Of a DNA stretch of 64,000 nt, positions 30,249 to 40,904 are shown in pieces. Below the pieces are notes generated by a model. The model did no database searches. It was not told the DNA's origin and saw only the letters and a program-made list of their open reading frames with translations. The position numbers were made by a program, and so were the translations under genes. Positions within the stretch are counted from its first letter, which is position 1; each line of letters opens with the position of its first letter. The stretch is from positions 6,950 through 70,949 of the forward strand of contig DASZZH010000038.1 in the NCBI GenBank assembly GCA_035543335.1. Direction: 5' to 3'. The DNA is from Burkholderiales bacterium. GTDB taxonomy: Bacteria; Pseudomonadota; Gammaproteobacteria; Burkholderiales; JAHFRG01.

Positions 30249-31457
30249 TTAACGGAACTGATGCGTAATCTTGACGCGGTCGTTTGGTTTGACTTCCACG
30301 GTCTCAGTATAACTCGGGAAAGCGCTGTTTTTTATTTCGATAGTGTGCTTCCCCGCCGTGAGCGGGAGTTTCTTGAGGGGCGGACTGACGCCCATCTTCT
30401 TGCCGTCCAGATAAATTTCGCCCCACGGCTTAATCGTCAGCGTGATCAGCCCGCCGGCCGGAGCCGCTACAGCTGCCGGCGCTTCTGCCACCTTGGACTC
30501 TTTGGCTGAAGGTTTCTTGACCTCAGCAGGTTTGGCTTCCGGCTTGGGCGCGGGTACAGCCCCCGGCTGCCCAAACGGATGGTGTTCTTCCACTGCAGGA
30601 GCGGGCGCAGGTGTTGCGGGCTTGGCGGCTTCTGCTTTTGGCACGGACTTCCTGGGTTTGGCCTCTGCCGCTGGCAGCGGCTTAGAGGTTTCCGGCTCGG
30701 GCTTGCCTCCGCGCAGCGCGAACGCCAGTGCAGCAATCACCACCAGCAGCACGCCCGCATAAAGCAGCTTTTTGCCGGCCCCGCCTTTGGTTTTGGCCGG
30801 CGTGTCTTCGGTCAGCGCAGCTCTTTCTTTGTCGTCAACAGTTTCAGCAGCGCCTTCTCCATACACTCTTGCCCTTCCCAGCCAGGGCTGGATGTCCTTG
30901 CCCGGCGTGCCGACCGCATAGACTTCGTGTTCGCGCACATGCTTGTCGGCGCGCGCTCCCTGAAAGGAAAACAACAGCTCGTATTCCTGGGAAAGGTGCG
31001 AGACCACTTCATAATACGAGCGCGACACCAGTACTTCGTTGGGCTCGGCAAAGCTCATCACGCGCTGCGCGACGTTGATGCCATCGCCGATGATGTTGGG
31101 CTGGCCGTTAATGTCCTTGACCACGCGCACTGGCCCGAGATTGATGCCGATGCGCGCGCGCAGCTCATCGGTACTTTCAATTTCTTTCAAAGAGTCGCGC
31201 AGGCTTAATCCCACAAACAACGCATCTTCCGGCGCCCCCAGGAAACTGATCGCCACCCCATCGCCGGTATCGAGGATGATGCGATCGTTGACGGTGATGT
31301 CCTTGATGGCACGGGAAATGATACCGTTGAACTGGTCCTTGAGCTTAATCTGCTCGTCGCCCGCCTTCTTCGAATATTCGACGATGTCCGCGAACACCAC
31401 GCTGCAGATAAAAGTTCTGTTCCCTCTGTCGAGCATTTCTGATCCGTTAATGTTCAT
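30249..31457 (-). CDS. Class III adenylate/guanylate cyclase with TM helix, Pro/Ala linker and PEGA-like domain
   Basis: VFADIV, TGDG, RIGINLG and GDGINVAQR motifs; C-terminal PWGEIYLDGK..GVSP..L.LTAGKHTIEI. Confidence 0.85.
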   Translation of the reverse strand: MNINGSEMLDRGNRTFICSVVFADIVEYSKKAGDEQIKLKDQFNGIISRAIKDITVNDRIILDTGDGVAISFLGAPEDALFVGLSLRDSLKEIESTDELRARIGINLGPVRVVKDINGQPNIIGDGINVAQRVMSFAEPNEVLVSRSYYEVVSHLSQEYELLFSFQGARADKHVREHEVYAVGTPGKDIQPWLGRARVYGEGAAETVDDKERAALTEDTPAKTKGGAGKKLLYAGVLLVVIAALAFALRGGKPEPETSKPLPAAEAKPRKSVPKAEAAKPATPAPAPAVEEHHPFGQPGAVPAPKPEAKPAEVKKPSAKESKVAEAPAAVAAPAGGLITLTIKPWGEIYLDGKKMGVSPPLKKLPLTAGKHTIEIKNSAFPSYTETVEVKPNDRVKITHQFR

Positions 31458-31463
31458 CTCCCA

Positions 31464-31545
31464 AAAATCTGCTTAATAACCTTTCACGTGATGCGTTGCC
31501 GGCCAAAACAGATGAATGCAGGCGCGAGGTCATTAAACAGGTTCT
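31464..31545. mobile_element. Short (82-bp) degenerate relative of the 3464-3856 MITE
   Basis: Imperfect 19-bp inverted ends (15/19) and a shared internal gatgcgttgcc.gcca..a...atgc.aggcgcga segment. Confidence 0.65.
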
Positions 31546-32993
31546 AGCGTGCCGCCCACCGTTAATCCGTCTATGCGCAGCGTGGGCTGACCCACGCCGA
31601 CCGGGACGCTCTGCCCTTCCTTGCCGCAAGTGCCAATGCCCGGGTCGAGCGCCATGTCGTTGCCGATCATCGAAACCCGCGTGAGCACATCCGGGCCGTT
31701 GCCGATCAGCGTGGCGCCCTTCACCGGCTGACCAACCTTGCCGTTTTCGATGAGATACGCCTCGGCGGCGGAAAACACGAACTTGCCGCTCACGATATCC
31801 ACCTGGCCGCCGGCGAAATTTACCGCGTAAAGCCCGCGTTTCACCGATTTTATGATTTCCTCCGGGTGTTTGTCACCGTTTAACATATAAGTGTTGGTCA
31901 TGCGCGGCATCGGGATATGGGCGTAGGATTCGCGCCGCCCGTTGCCGGTGGGGGCCACGCCCATGAGCCGCGCGTTCAGCGTGTCCTGCATATAGCCGCG
32001 CAGCACGCCGTTTTCAATTAGCACCGTACGCTGCGTTGGATTGCCTTCATCGTCAATGTTGAGCGAGCCGCGACGCCTGGCTATCGTGCCGTCATCGACC
32101 ACGGTAACACCCGGTGCGGCGACGCGCTCGCCGATGCGCCCGCTGAAAGCGGAACTTCCCTTGCGGTTGAAATCGCCTTCAAGTCCGTGCCCGATAGCTT
32201 CGTGCAACAGGATCCCCGGCCAGCCCGAGCCCAGCACCACCGTCATGGCTCCCGCCGGCGCAGGCCTGGCGCGCAAGTTGGTGAGCGCCTGGGACACCGC
32301 CTGCTGACAATAGCCTTCCAGGATTTCATCGGTAAAATAAGCATAATCAAAACGTCCGCCGCCGCCGCCCGTGCCCTGCTCGCGCCGCCCGTTTTCCTCG
32401 GCAATCACCTGCAGCGACAGGCGCACCAGCGGACGCACATCCGCCGCCGTCATGCCGTCGCTTCGCGCCACCAGGATGACTTCGTATTCGCCGCCCAGAT
32501 GTGCCATCACCTGGGTTACGCGCGGATCGATGCTGCGCGCATGTTTTTCAACCTTCTCCAGCAGCGCCACTTTGTGCGTGTCGGGAATGCTCGCCAGCGG
32601 GTCGCAGGGTGAATAAAGATCGCGCCCTTTACCGCGTTTGGCGACTTGCGTACGCGATTGTGCGCCCTGGCGCGCGATTGCCCGTGTTGCCTGCGCGGCG
32701 CTTTCCAGCGCGGCGAGGCTGATGTCGTCGGAATAGGCAAACGCGGTCTTGTCCTGCGACACCGCGCGCACGCCCACGCCCTGGTCGATGTTGAAGCTGC
32801 CGGACTTGACCAAGCCTTCCTCCAACGCCCAGGATTCGCTGCGGGTAATCTGGAAATACAAATCGGCGTAATCAACCTGGTGCGAAAGCAGATTGCCGAA
32901 CACGCGCTCGAGCTTGGCATGGTCGAGATCGTAGGGCGCGAGCAGAAAACGGTTCGCGGTCTCGAACGACGTTACGGCAGTTTCGGCAAGCAT
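31533..32993 (-). CDS. tldD: Metalloprotease TldD
   Basis: [24 protein letters not shown] and [10 protein letters not shown] motifs. Confidence 0.95.
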   Translation of the reverse strand: MLAETAVTSFETANRFLLAPYDLDHAKLERVFGNLLSHQVDYADLYFQITRSESWALEEGLVKSGSFNIDQGVGVRAVSQDKTAFAYSDDISLAALESAAQATRAIARQGAQSRTQVAKRGKGRDLYSPCDPLASIPDTHKVALLEKVEKHARSIDPRVTQVMAHLGGEYEVILVARSDGMTAADVRPLVRLSLQVIAEENGRREQGTGGGGGRFDYAYFTDEILEGYCQQAVSQALTNLRARPAPAGAMTVVLGSGWPGILLHEAIGHGLEGDFNRKGSSAFSGRIGERVAAPGVTVVDDGTIARRRGSLNIDDEGNPTQRTVLIENGVLRGYMQDTLNARLMGVAPTGNGRRESYAHIPMPRMTNTYMLNGDKHPEEIIKSVKRGLYAVNFAGGQVDIVSGKFVFSAAEAYLIENGKVGQPVKGATLIGNGPDVLTRVSMIGNDMALDPGIGTCGKEGQSVPVGVGQPTLRIDGLTVGGTLEPV

Positions 32994-33026
32994 GCGGTTC
33001 CCGACTTATAAGAAAGTTTGCTTATG

Positions 33027-33890
33027 CTACACCCGGCGCAGCGTGCGATGCGTCAATGCCGGCAGGCTTTTTCTCAAGCTCGCCTGATATTGCGGATTGA
33101 CCCCGGCCACCACCACGCCGGAGCCCCGCGGAAGCCGATCCAGGATCACGCCCCAGGGATCGGCGATCATGCTGTTGCCGTGCGTCTCGCGGCCGTTCAC
33201 ATGATAGCCGCCCTGCGCCGGCGCCAGAACATAAGCCTGGTTCTCGATGGCGCGCGCCCGGATCAGTGTTTCCCAATGCGCTTTGCCTGTAGTTTCGGTA
33301 AACGCGGCAGGCACGAGAATAATGTCGACGTTGCCCATTGCCCGATACAATTCAGGAAAGCGCAGGTCATAACAGACCGAAAGCCCCACCCGCCCAAACG
33401 GCGTTTCCGCGACCACCACTTCATTGCCTGGCTCGATGGTCGTCTGCTCATGGTAATGCTCGTTGCCGAGGTCCAGACCGAATAAATGTATTTTATCGTA
33501 TCGGGCGGCCATTTTGCCATTATCGTCATAGAGCAAGCAGCTGTTGCGCACCTTGGTCGGCGCCGAGGCTGCCAGCGGCACCGAGCCGCCGACCAGCCAA
33601 ATTTTGTGTTTTTTGGCAGTTTCGCTTAAAAACTCCTGAATCGGCCCCTTGCCTTCCGCTTCCCGCACCGCTACTTTGTCGCGGTCCTTCATGCCCATGA
33701 TGGCAAAGTATTCGGGCAGCGCCACCAGCTTCGCGCCCTGTTCCGCCGCCATGGCGATGAGCCGCGCCGCTTCGCGCAAGTTCCCTTCGACGTTCGGTCC
33801 GGAGGCCATTTGCACTGCGGCAATACGATACACATTGCCTGCTGCGGCGGAAGTCTTTCTCAAGGAGGCGGAACGGATTTTGGCGCTCAT
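33027..33890 (-). CDS. Carbon-nitrogen hydrolase (Nit1-like)
   Basis: LPE, YDKIHLF, CYDLRFPE and ARAIENQ motifs. Confidence 0.92.
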   Translation of the reverse strand: MSAKIRSASLRKTSAAAGNVYRIAAVQMASGPNVEGNLREAARLIAMAAEQGAKLVALPEYFAIMGMKDRDKVAVREAEGKGPIQEFLSETAKKHKIWLVGGSVPLAASAPTKVRNSCLLYDDNGKMAARYDKIHLFGLDLGNEHYHEQTTIEPGNEVVVAETPFGRVGLSVCYDLRFPELYRAMGNVDIILVPAAFTETTGKAHWETLIRARAIENQAYVLAPAQGGYHVNGRETHGNSMIADPWGVILDRLPRGSGVVVAGVNPQYQASLRKSLPALTHRTLRRV

Positions 33891-34235
33891 TTTGTCGTCC
33901 TGATTTCGATGCTGAGCCTGTCATTCGCCGGCAAATCCGCCAGCAGCAAAATGCGGGTAGAATCCACCGCAAGGCTGGTAAGCCGCGAGCGCAGTTCCGT
34001 CGCCTGCAACTGCGTTTCCTGGGCATTGCCGTGGTGAATGACCATCAAAGAGTCCGATTGCCTGGCATACGCGGCGACGGCTTGGGCAGGTTTTCCTGTT
34101 CCAGAACAGCGCGCCCGCTGCGCGGCCAGTCCCATAATTTCTGCGGTACTGAATAAAAGTCGACGGCTGGTGCAGGGCCGGAACCGAGCACCGGCAACAT
34201 AAAGCCGCGGCAAGTTTGATGACGTCATAATACAT
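33887..34235 (-). pseudogene. Probable frameshifted hypothetical gene between yhdP and the nitrilase
   Basis: The ATG overlaps the yhdP stop and the stop overlaps the nitrilase start, but they are in different frames; protein-like segments are split over three frames. Confidence 0.5.
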
Positions 34236-37200
34236 CAGCGGTTCTGCAAAAAAGGTATAGGCAGAAAAGAACTGTCAGGCTTTATCACCACTGGATCGGT
34301 CCAGGTTCCGGTCACATTGTATTCGTAGACAATCATCTGCCCAAGCGGATCCTTGAGCGCTTTCTGCACCAGAAAGGCGGTAATGCCGATGATGGGACCG
34401 CCCAAGAATCCCGCCAACGCCAGACTATCGACAAAACTCGGCGCCACTCTCACCTTAAGATTCTGCGTTTCCTGCGCCAAATCCACCGCTCCGCTCATGT
34501 TCACCGTCGCCGCCGGGCCGCGCATGTGGAAATTTTCAGTCGTGGCCACGCCCTGGTTAAGATTAAGACTGGAGGTGATGTCATCGAAGGCAAAGCCTTC
34601 GCTGAAGATGTCGCGAAAATCCAGCAACGCGCGCCGCGGCAGCGCCTGCAAGCTCAGAATGCCGAGCAGCTTGGCCACACCCGAGTCGAGCTTTACAAAC
34701 TGCCCTTTTTCGGCGTTCAACTGCAGATTTCCCGACAGTGTCGCATAATCGATGTGTTGGGGGCTGCCGCCCCAGTACAAAGCGCCTTCCAGTTTCGCGC
34801 TTCCGTGCTTGATGCCTTCCGGAAGCTTGAGCCGCGCCATCAAATTGCCGATATCGCTCACTTCCAGCTTGACATTGACCCGGGTCTGCGGCTGGACGCT
34901 GAAGTTGAGCCACGACCCATCCAGCGCCAGCACGCTGTCGGCGTTGGAAAGCCGCAGGTTTTCGATGCGCCAGTCGCGGCCCTGCTGCACCGCTTGCAAT
35001 TCGAGTCGCCCGAGCGGATTGTCGCCGAGGCTGAAATTCTCAGCAACGATATCAAGCGCGGGAAAATCTCTTTGCTCGCTTTCCTGGGTAGCCGCACTGT
35101 TTTTTTCCGGCAGCGGCTCGGGGATAACGAGATTGGCGAGACGCGCCACCAGCTTGCCCTTGCCCTGGGGATACCAATTGAGTTCGCCGTTCACCTCGGC
35201 GCCGGCAAGTGTCGCTTTCCAGTCCCCGCCCTGATGACGGGCGCTCACCCGGGTTTCGCCGAAGCGGCGGCCTAAGACATCCAGCGTGCCCAATTTCACA
35301 TCAATTCCAGCGAGATCCAGACCCAGGCCCGAATCGGATTGGGCGAGCACTGTGTGCCACTGATCAAAATCAAAACTCTTGAGGGCTCCGCTCACCCAAA
35401 TGCCGTTTTTGTCCGGGACACCGGCGCGTCCGCCCAATACGATGAGGCCGCGCTCATAGTCCAGCCCGTCCTTGTGCCGCACCAGCCGCATGGAAAGCAC
35501 ATTGCCGTAGCTCAATAACACCCGCTCATGGCCTGAAAAGGTGGATTTCTTCTCAAACCGCAGCAACACCGAAGCCGGTGCCGACTTATTGAAAGGCGCT
35601 GGAAGCAGCGAAGCCAGCCCCTCCAAATTCGATTCGAGCAGTATATCATTGATTTTATTGCTTAAGTTTATGCTGCCGCGCCATTCGGCGGAGCCGCGCA
35701 GATAAGACTGAAACGGCAAGACCACTTTACTTCCCAATGCCGCCGCATTCACTTTGCCGCGCGCCGCAATGCGCACGCTGCGATCAGGCTGGGTGGCGAT
35801 GCTCACACTTGCGGTCCCGCCGAGAATCTGCGCGCTTAAATCCTGCGCCTGCATCGCCGCCTCGGAAAATTGCAGCCTGCCTTTTACTTGTTCAATCGGC
35901 GGCAGATCGGGCCCGAACGACAACTGGTTACCGTGGAACTGGTAAGTCCCCGCGACCTTGGTTTGCTCACGCTGATGCAAGGGGATCTCGAGCTTCAACA
36001 GCAATTTTCCGTCGCCGCTGGCATGTACGTTTTCGGTAAAACTGCCAATCATGCTGCTGACCGGGGAATGGCCGATGAAATTCAAAAAATTCGCTGCCTG
36101 TGCCTGGGCCTCGACGTCGATTTGCAACACCTCTTGAGGGTTGCCGAGCTCGGGAATCACCGCGTCGATCCGGGAAAGCTTGATGCCGAGAATCTCCGCT
36201 TCGCTTCCGCGGATTTCCACGCGGTTACCGCGGAGCTGCATTGCGGCGGTGATGTTTTCTATTTTCGGCCACTCCTGAGAATACTCGAGCGAAATGCCGG
36301 TTGCCCTGGCCGTGACCTGGAACAAGCCTTGGCTCTCGTCGGCAAAAGGAAAATCGGCGAGGTTGCCGCGCATAGTGAGCTGCAAATCGTTGAATGCGCC
36401 GCCACCCAAAGCCGTAACCAGCCACTCGCGGGTCTTTTGCGGCACCCGCAAAGGCAAATAGCGATTAACCTGTTTCGCTTCCACGCGAGTCACATGGGCG
36501 TTCAAATCAACGATGCCGGGGCCTTCGCTTACCGTCCGGTAACTGCCGCTGGCGCTGCCGGAAAGGTGTGCATTAGCAAACACCATATTGCTTAAGCTGT
36601 ACTGCGTACCGCTGTTTTCTGCCTTCCAGTCCAACCGGGCCTTGAAGCTTTCAAATTGCAGCGCCTCCTCGAACACCTTCGGCAGACCGAGCTTGATGTT
36701 TTTTGCTTCCAGGTTGATTTGGCCGGTCTGTTGATTGCCTTCAACGCTACCGCTCACATTGTTGAAACCCGGCCAGGCTTCGTAAGCCTTAAGCGCGAGA
36801 CGTTCAAACCTGCCTTTAACACTGTAACTCTCGGGCTTCGGCAGATCTCCGTTCCATTTCAGCGCCACATCGTAAACGCTGCCTTTCGGCGCAAGGCTGG
36901 CAAGCCGTTGCCGCAATTCCGGGTTGAGCGGCAGGCGATCGGCCAGCGCCGCCAGCGGTTCCAGATCAAGCACCCCGGCTTCAAATTCGCCGCGCAACGC
37001 CTGGCCCTCGAACGCAGGATAAATCCGCACCACGAAATCCACAGGCTTCAAGCTCAACCCGCCTTGAGCCGCCAGGCTTAATTTCGCCGCTGAGAGCTCA
37101 AAACCATGATCCAGCGTTTTCCAGCCCAGTCTGCCGTTGAGCGAGTCAAGATCGAGCTCCGGCAGATCGGGGCGCAACCGCGTTTTCACTTGGCTTAATT

Positions 37201-38044
37201 GCAAGTCAGCGGTGATTTCCTTGATTTGCGCATTGTCTACGGTGAGCCGCAGGCGCAGCGCGCCGCTGCCCTTTTGCACCTCGATGGGATAGGGCAGCCA
37301 AGTGCGCCATGCCACCAGATCGGCGTAATCCACTTGCGCAAACAGCGTGCCCTGCCACTTGTCCAAATCGTCCGGATCGAAGCTGTCGCCGCTAAAGTCC
37401 CCTTCGATTTCCAGCGGCGCGGCGAGATCTGGCGGCGGCGATGCACGCAAGCTCAGGCGGTGGCGATCGCCGCTGTTTTCAATGCGCAGCATGACGCTGT
37501 TTAATACCAGTTGCGGCGCTCCGAGTTTCTCGTCCTTCCACAGAATCAACGCGTCGCGGATGACCAGGTGCTCCTGCTTGAGCAGCCAGTCGGTAAAACC
37601 CTGGTCCGCGTCGTGCCGGCTTAACGCCACGCCGGCCACATGCACGACGCCTTCAGTATCACGGCGTATGCTCAGATTGGGTTGTTTGAATTCCAGCGAA
37701 TAAAGGCGCACGCCGCCGGCGAGCAAAGACTCCCAGGACAGCGTAGTCTCGACCCGTTTCAACACCAGTGCCGGGTGGTCATTTGGGTCGAAGACTTGCA
37801 CGTCGTCGAACACCAGATGCGGACGGTAGCCGTCCCAGTCCGCAGCGATCTTGCCGATAGTAATGCGCTGGCCGACGAGGGTACTCGCGGCTTGCGCGAT
37901 GTCCTCACTGTAGTTTTCAATGTTGGGCAGGATCCAATAGCGCAAGCTCAGCACCACCGCTGCCAGGGCCAGGAGCGCAAACATGAAAAGCGAAAGCAGG
38001 AGCCGCTTAACCGGCTTTATTATCCGGGATAATGGACCATTCAT
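34235..38044 (-). CDS. yhdP: YhdP (AsmA-like phospholipid transporter)
   Basis: 1269 aa, N-terminal TM, LDFRDIFSEGFAFD and YNVTGTWTDP; synteny with nitrilase-tldD. Confidence 0.9.
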   Translation of the reverse strand: MNGPLSRIIKPVKRLLLSLFMFALLALAAVVLSLRYWILPNIENYSEDIAQAASTLVGQRITIGKIAADWDGYRPHLVFDDVQVFDPNDHPALVLKRVETTLSWESLLAGGVRLYSLEFKQPNLSIRRDTEGVVHVAGVALSRHDADQGFTDWLLKQEHLVIRDALILWKDEKLGAPQLVLNSVMLRIENSGDRHRLSLRASPPPDLAAPLEIEGDFSGDSFDPDDLDKWQGTLFAQVDYADLVAWRTWLPYPIEVQKGSGALRLRLTVDNAQIKEITADLQLSQVKTRLRPDLPELDLDSLNGRLGWKTLDHGFELSAAKLSLAAQGGLSLKPVDFVVRIYPAFEGQALRGEFEAGVLDLEPLAALADRLPLNPELRQRLASLAPKGSVYDVALKWNGDLPKPESYSVKGRFERLALKAYEAWPGFNNVSGSVEGNQQTGQINLEAKNIKLGLPKVFEEALQFESFKARLDWKAENSGTQYSLSNMVFANAHLSGSASGSYRTVSEGPGIVDLNAHVTRVEAKQVNRYLPLRVPQKTREWLVTALGGGAFNDLQLTMRGNLADFPFADESQGLFQVTARATGISLEYSQEWPKIENITAAMQLRGNRVEIRGSEAEILGIKLSRIDAVIPELGNPQEVLQIDVEAQAQAANFLNFIGHSPVSSMIGSFTENVHASGDGKLLLKLEIPLHQREQTKVAGTYQFHGNQLSFGPDLPPIEQVKGRLQFSEAAMQAQDLSAQILGGTASVSIATQPDRSVRIAARGKVNAAALGSKVVLPFQSYLRGSAEWRGSINLSNKINDILLESNLEGLASLLPAPFNKSAPASVLLRFEKKSTFSGHERVLLSYGNVLSMRLVRHKDGLDYERGLIVLGGRAGVPDKNGIWVSGALKSFDFDQWHTVLAQSDSGLGLDLAGIDVKLGTLDVLGRRFGETRVSARHQGGDWKATLAGAEVNGELNWYPQGKGKLVARLANLVIPEPLPEKNSAATQESEQRDFPALDIVAENFSLGDNPLGRLELQAVQQGRDWRIENLRLSNADSVLALDGSWLNFSVQPQTRVNVKLEVSDIGNLMARLKLPEGIKHGSAKLEGALYWGGSPQHIDYATLSGNLQLNAEKGQFVKLDSGVAKLLGILSLQALPRRALLDFRDIFSEGFAFDDITSSLNLNQGVATTENFHMRGPAATVNMSGAVDLAQETQNLKVRVAPSFVDSLALAGFLGGPIIGITAFLVQKALKDPLGQMIVYEYNVTGTWTDPVVIKPDSSFLPIPFLQNR

Positions 38045-38119
38045 GATTCAGAATTTGCCAAAGGCTGTGGCCGGCAACGTCTCTCGCGGTATTGTTGAGA
38101 TAGGCTCTAGACAATAAAA

Positions 38120-38135
38120 TGGCAACTCGGTTGCA
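38120..38135 (+). promoter_or_regulatory. Possible sigma54 (-24/-12) promoter upstream of glnE
   Basis: TGGCAactcggTTGCA with GG-N10-GC spacing. Confidence 0.4.
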
Positions 38136-38197
38136 AGGTGCCGCGCATCGTCCTAAACAACAGGCAATTTAAACCCGCATTGTAACGCGATTCCCCC

Positions 38198-40891
38198 ATG
38201 CATATACCCGAAAAGCCTGATGCCGCCTCACTTCGCGAGCATGAACGACTGATCGCGCGGGCGCTGGCTTTGAGCCGTTTTGCCCGGCGGCTGATTGAAC
38301 GCGAGCCGCAGCTCAAAGATGCCGTCGCAAACAGCCTGCACCGGCCTTTCACCCCAGAACGGATGCGCACGTTTCTGGATGACGCAAACGACGCGGCAGG
38401 TCTTTACCGGATGGTCCGCCGCTTGCGGGCGGAAGTCATGCTGCATCTCATCACGCGCGATTTGTGTGGCCTGGCCTCCCTTAACGAAGTCGTCGCCACC
38501 ACCACCGCCCTTGCCGAGGCAACGCTGAATGTCGCAGTCAAGCATCTGTACCGCTGGATGCGGGAAGACCACGGCACACCCATCGGCAAGGAAAACGGCA
38601 AGCCGCAGGAATTGCTGGTGGTGGGAATGGGAAAGCTCGGCGGCGGCGAACTCAACGTGTCTTCCGACATTGATCTTGTCTTCGTCTATCCGGAGGAAGG
38701 CGAAACCAGCGGAGCGCGCCCCGTCAGCAACCATGAATTCTTCGACCGGCTGGGACGCAAGCTGATTGCTGCAATCAGCGAAATTACCGGGGACGGCTAT
38801 GTGTTTCGCGTGGACATGCGGCTGCGCCCTTATGGGGACGGCGGCCCGCTGACGATGAGCTTCGCCATGCTGGAGAATTACTTCATCACCCAGGGGCGCG
38901 AATGGGAGCGCTATGCCTGGATCAAGGCGCGAGGGGTGTGCGGCGGCCACGGTGAAGAATTAATGAAGCTCACGCGCCACTTTGTGTTCCGTAAATACCT
39001 CGATTTCGGCGTCTTCCATTCGCTGCGCAATCTGCACGCGCAAATCCGCCAGGAAGTACGGGGACGCGACATCGAAAACAACATCAAGCTGGGACCGGGC
39101 GGGATTCGCGAAATCGAATTCATCGCCCAGATTTTCCAGTTGATTCGCGGCGGGCGCGAAAGCCGCCTGCGCATCCGCCCCACGCTGGGGACGCTGGATG
39201 AGCTCGCGCATCTGCGGCTGCTGCCCCGGGACGTAGTCAACGAACTGCAAGACGCTTACGTGTTCCTGCGCAATCTGGAGCATCGTCTGCAGTATCTCGA
39301 CGACGCGCAAACCCAGACGCTGCCGCAGAACGCCGAAGACCAGGCGTTGATCGCCGAGGCGATGGGCTTTGGCGGTTATGAAGAGTTGTTGCAAAAACTC
39401 GACGCGCATCGCAGCCGCATCAGCCTGCATTTCGAGCAGGTACTGGCCGAACCGCAGAACGACGCGCATCGCCTTCTGCCGCTGTGGCAGGAAACACTCG
39501 CCGAGGAAGAGGCGCTCAAGCAGCTCACGGCGCTGGGCTACCAGAACCCGCAACAGATCCTGGAGCGCCTGCGAGGCCTGCGTCAGAGCCGTCGTTACCG
39601 GCAGATGCCGGCTGCCAACCAGTCGCGACTCGATGCGTTGGTGCCGGCGCTGCTTGAAGCGGCTGCGGCTTACGGCGACGCGGCGCTAATGCGCCTCCTG
39701 CGGCTGGTGGAAAACATCGTCCGCCGTGAAGCCTATCTGGCATTGCTGGCTGAACATCCGCAGGCGCTGCAAAGCCTGGCGCGGCTGTGCGGCGCAAGTT
39801 CCTGGGCGGCCGAATATCTCGCGCACCATCCGCTGGTGCTGGATGAATTGCTCGATCCGCAAACTCTGTACGCCGAGCCGGATTGGCCACGCCTCAAATC
39901 GCATCTTCACGCGCAACTCAAGGACGCCGACACCGAGCATCAAGTGGATATTCTGCGGCAGTTTCATCATTCACTGGTATTCCGTCTGCTAACCCAAGAC
40001 CTTGCCGGCTTGCTGGCGCTCGAGCGCCTGAGTGATCATTTGAGCGATCTCGCCGATTTGATATTGGAGGAGGTATTGCGCCTGTGCTGGGAAGGCTTAG
40101 ACAACAAACAGGCGCCGCGCTTTGCCATCATCGGCTACGGCAAGCTTGGCGGCAAAGAGCTCGGCTACGCCACCGACCTCGACCTGGTGTTTCTTTACGA
40201 TGATGAGCGTGCAGAAGCCCAGGAAGTGTACGCCAGGCTGACTCAGCGCATCAACACCTGGCTCACCAGCTACACCGCCGCCGGGATTCTCTACGATACC
40301 GATTTGCGTTTGCGCCCGGATGGCGCCAGCGGCCTGCTGGTGAGCAGCCTTGCCGCTTTTGCCGAATACCAGGAACGACGCGCCTGGCTGTGGGAGCACC
40401 AAGCATTGACGCGGGCGCGCTTCGTCACCGGCGACCGGCAGATTGGCGAGCGCTTCGAGGCTTTGCGCAAACAGGTGCTGCGCCAGAAGCGCGACCTTGC
40501 GGCATTAAGGAACGAAGTTCTCAACATGCGCCAGAAAATGCTCGAGGCACATTCCAACGCCGGAATGCTGTTCGACCTCAAGCATGACCACGGCGGCATC
40601 ATTGACGTGGAATTCATCGTGCAATACCTGGTGCTGGGATTTTCCCATACCCATCCCGAACTCACCGGCAATATCGGCAATCTGGCGTTGCTTAAGCTTG
40701 GGGCGAAGCTCAAGCTACTGCCCGCCGCGCTCGCCGAAGAGGTACATACCGCTTATCGCGAATTCCGCCGGATGCAGCATGCCCTGCGATTGAATGGCGA
40801 AAAATACGCCCGGGTGGAACTGGAAAAAGTAAGGGGAAAGCGAGAAGCAGTCTTGCAACTGTGGCGGGGCGTGTTTGGCAACCTGCCGTAA
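38198..40891 (+). CDS. glnE: Glutamine synthetase adenylyltransferase/deadenylase
   Basis: Two nucleotidyltransferase domains: GMGKLGGGELNVSSDID and GYGKLGGKELGYATDLD. Confidence 0.96.
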   Translation: MHIPEKPDAASLREHERLIARALALSRFARRLIEREPQLKDAVANSLHRPFTPERMRTFLDDANDAAGLYRMVRRLRAEVMLHLITRDLCGLASLNEVVATTTALAEATLNVAVKHLYRWMREDHGTPIGKENGKPQELLVVGMGKLGGGELNVSSDIDLVFVYPEEGETSGARPVSNHEFFDRLGRKLIAAISEITGDGYVFRVDMRLRPYGDGGPLTMSFAMLENYFITQGREWERYAWIKARGVCGGHGEELMKLTRHFVFRKYLDFGVFHSLRNLHAQIRQEVRGRDIENNIKLGPGGIREIEFIAQIFQLIRGGRESRLRIRPTLGTLDELAHLRLLPRDVVNELQDAYVFLRNLEHRLQYLDDAQTQTLPQNAEDQALIAEAMGFGGYEELLQKLDAHRSRISLHFEQVLAEPQNDAHRLLPLWQETLAEEEALKQLTALGYQNPQQILERLRGLRQSRRYRQMPAANQSRLDALVPALLEAAAAYGDAALMRLLRLVENIVRREAYLALLAEHPQALQSLARLCGASSWAAEYLAHHPLVLDELLDPQTLYAEPDWPRLKSHLHAQLKDADTEHQVDILRQFHHSLVFRLLTQDLAGLLALERLSDHLSDLADLILEEVLRLCWEGLDNKQAPRFAIIGYGKLGGKELGYATDLDLVFLYDDERAEAQEVYARLTQRINTWLTSYTAAGILYDTDLRLRPDGASGLLVSSLAAFAEYQERRAWLWEHQALTRARFVTGDRQIGERFEALRKQVLRQKRDLAALRNEVLNMRQKMLEAHSNAGMLFDLKHDHGGIIDVEFIVQYLVLGFSHTHPELTGNIGNLALLKLGAKLKLLPAALAEEVHTAYREFRRMQHALRLNGEKYARVELEKVRGKREAVLQLWRGVFGNLP

Positions 40892-40904
40892 TGTCGTTTG
40901 CCTA

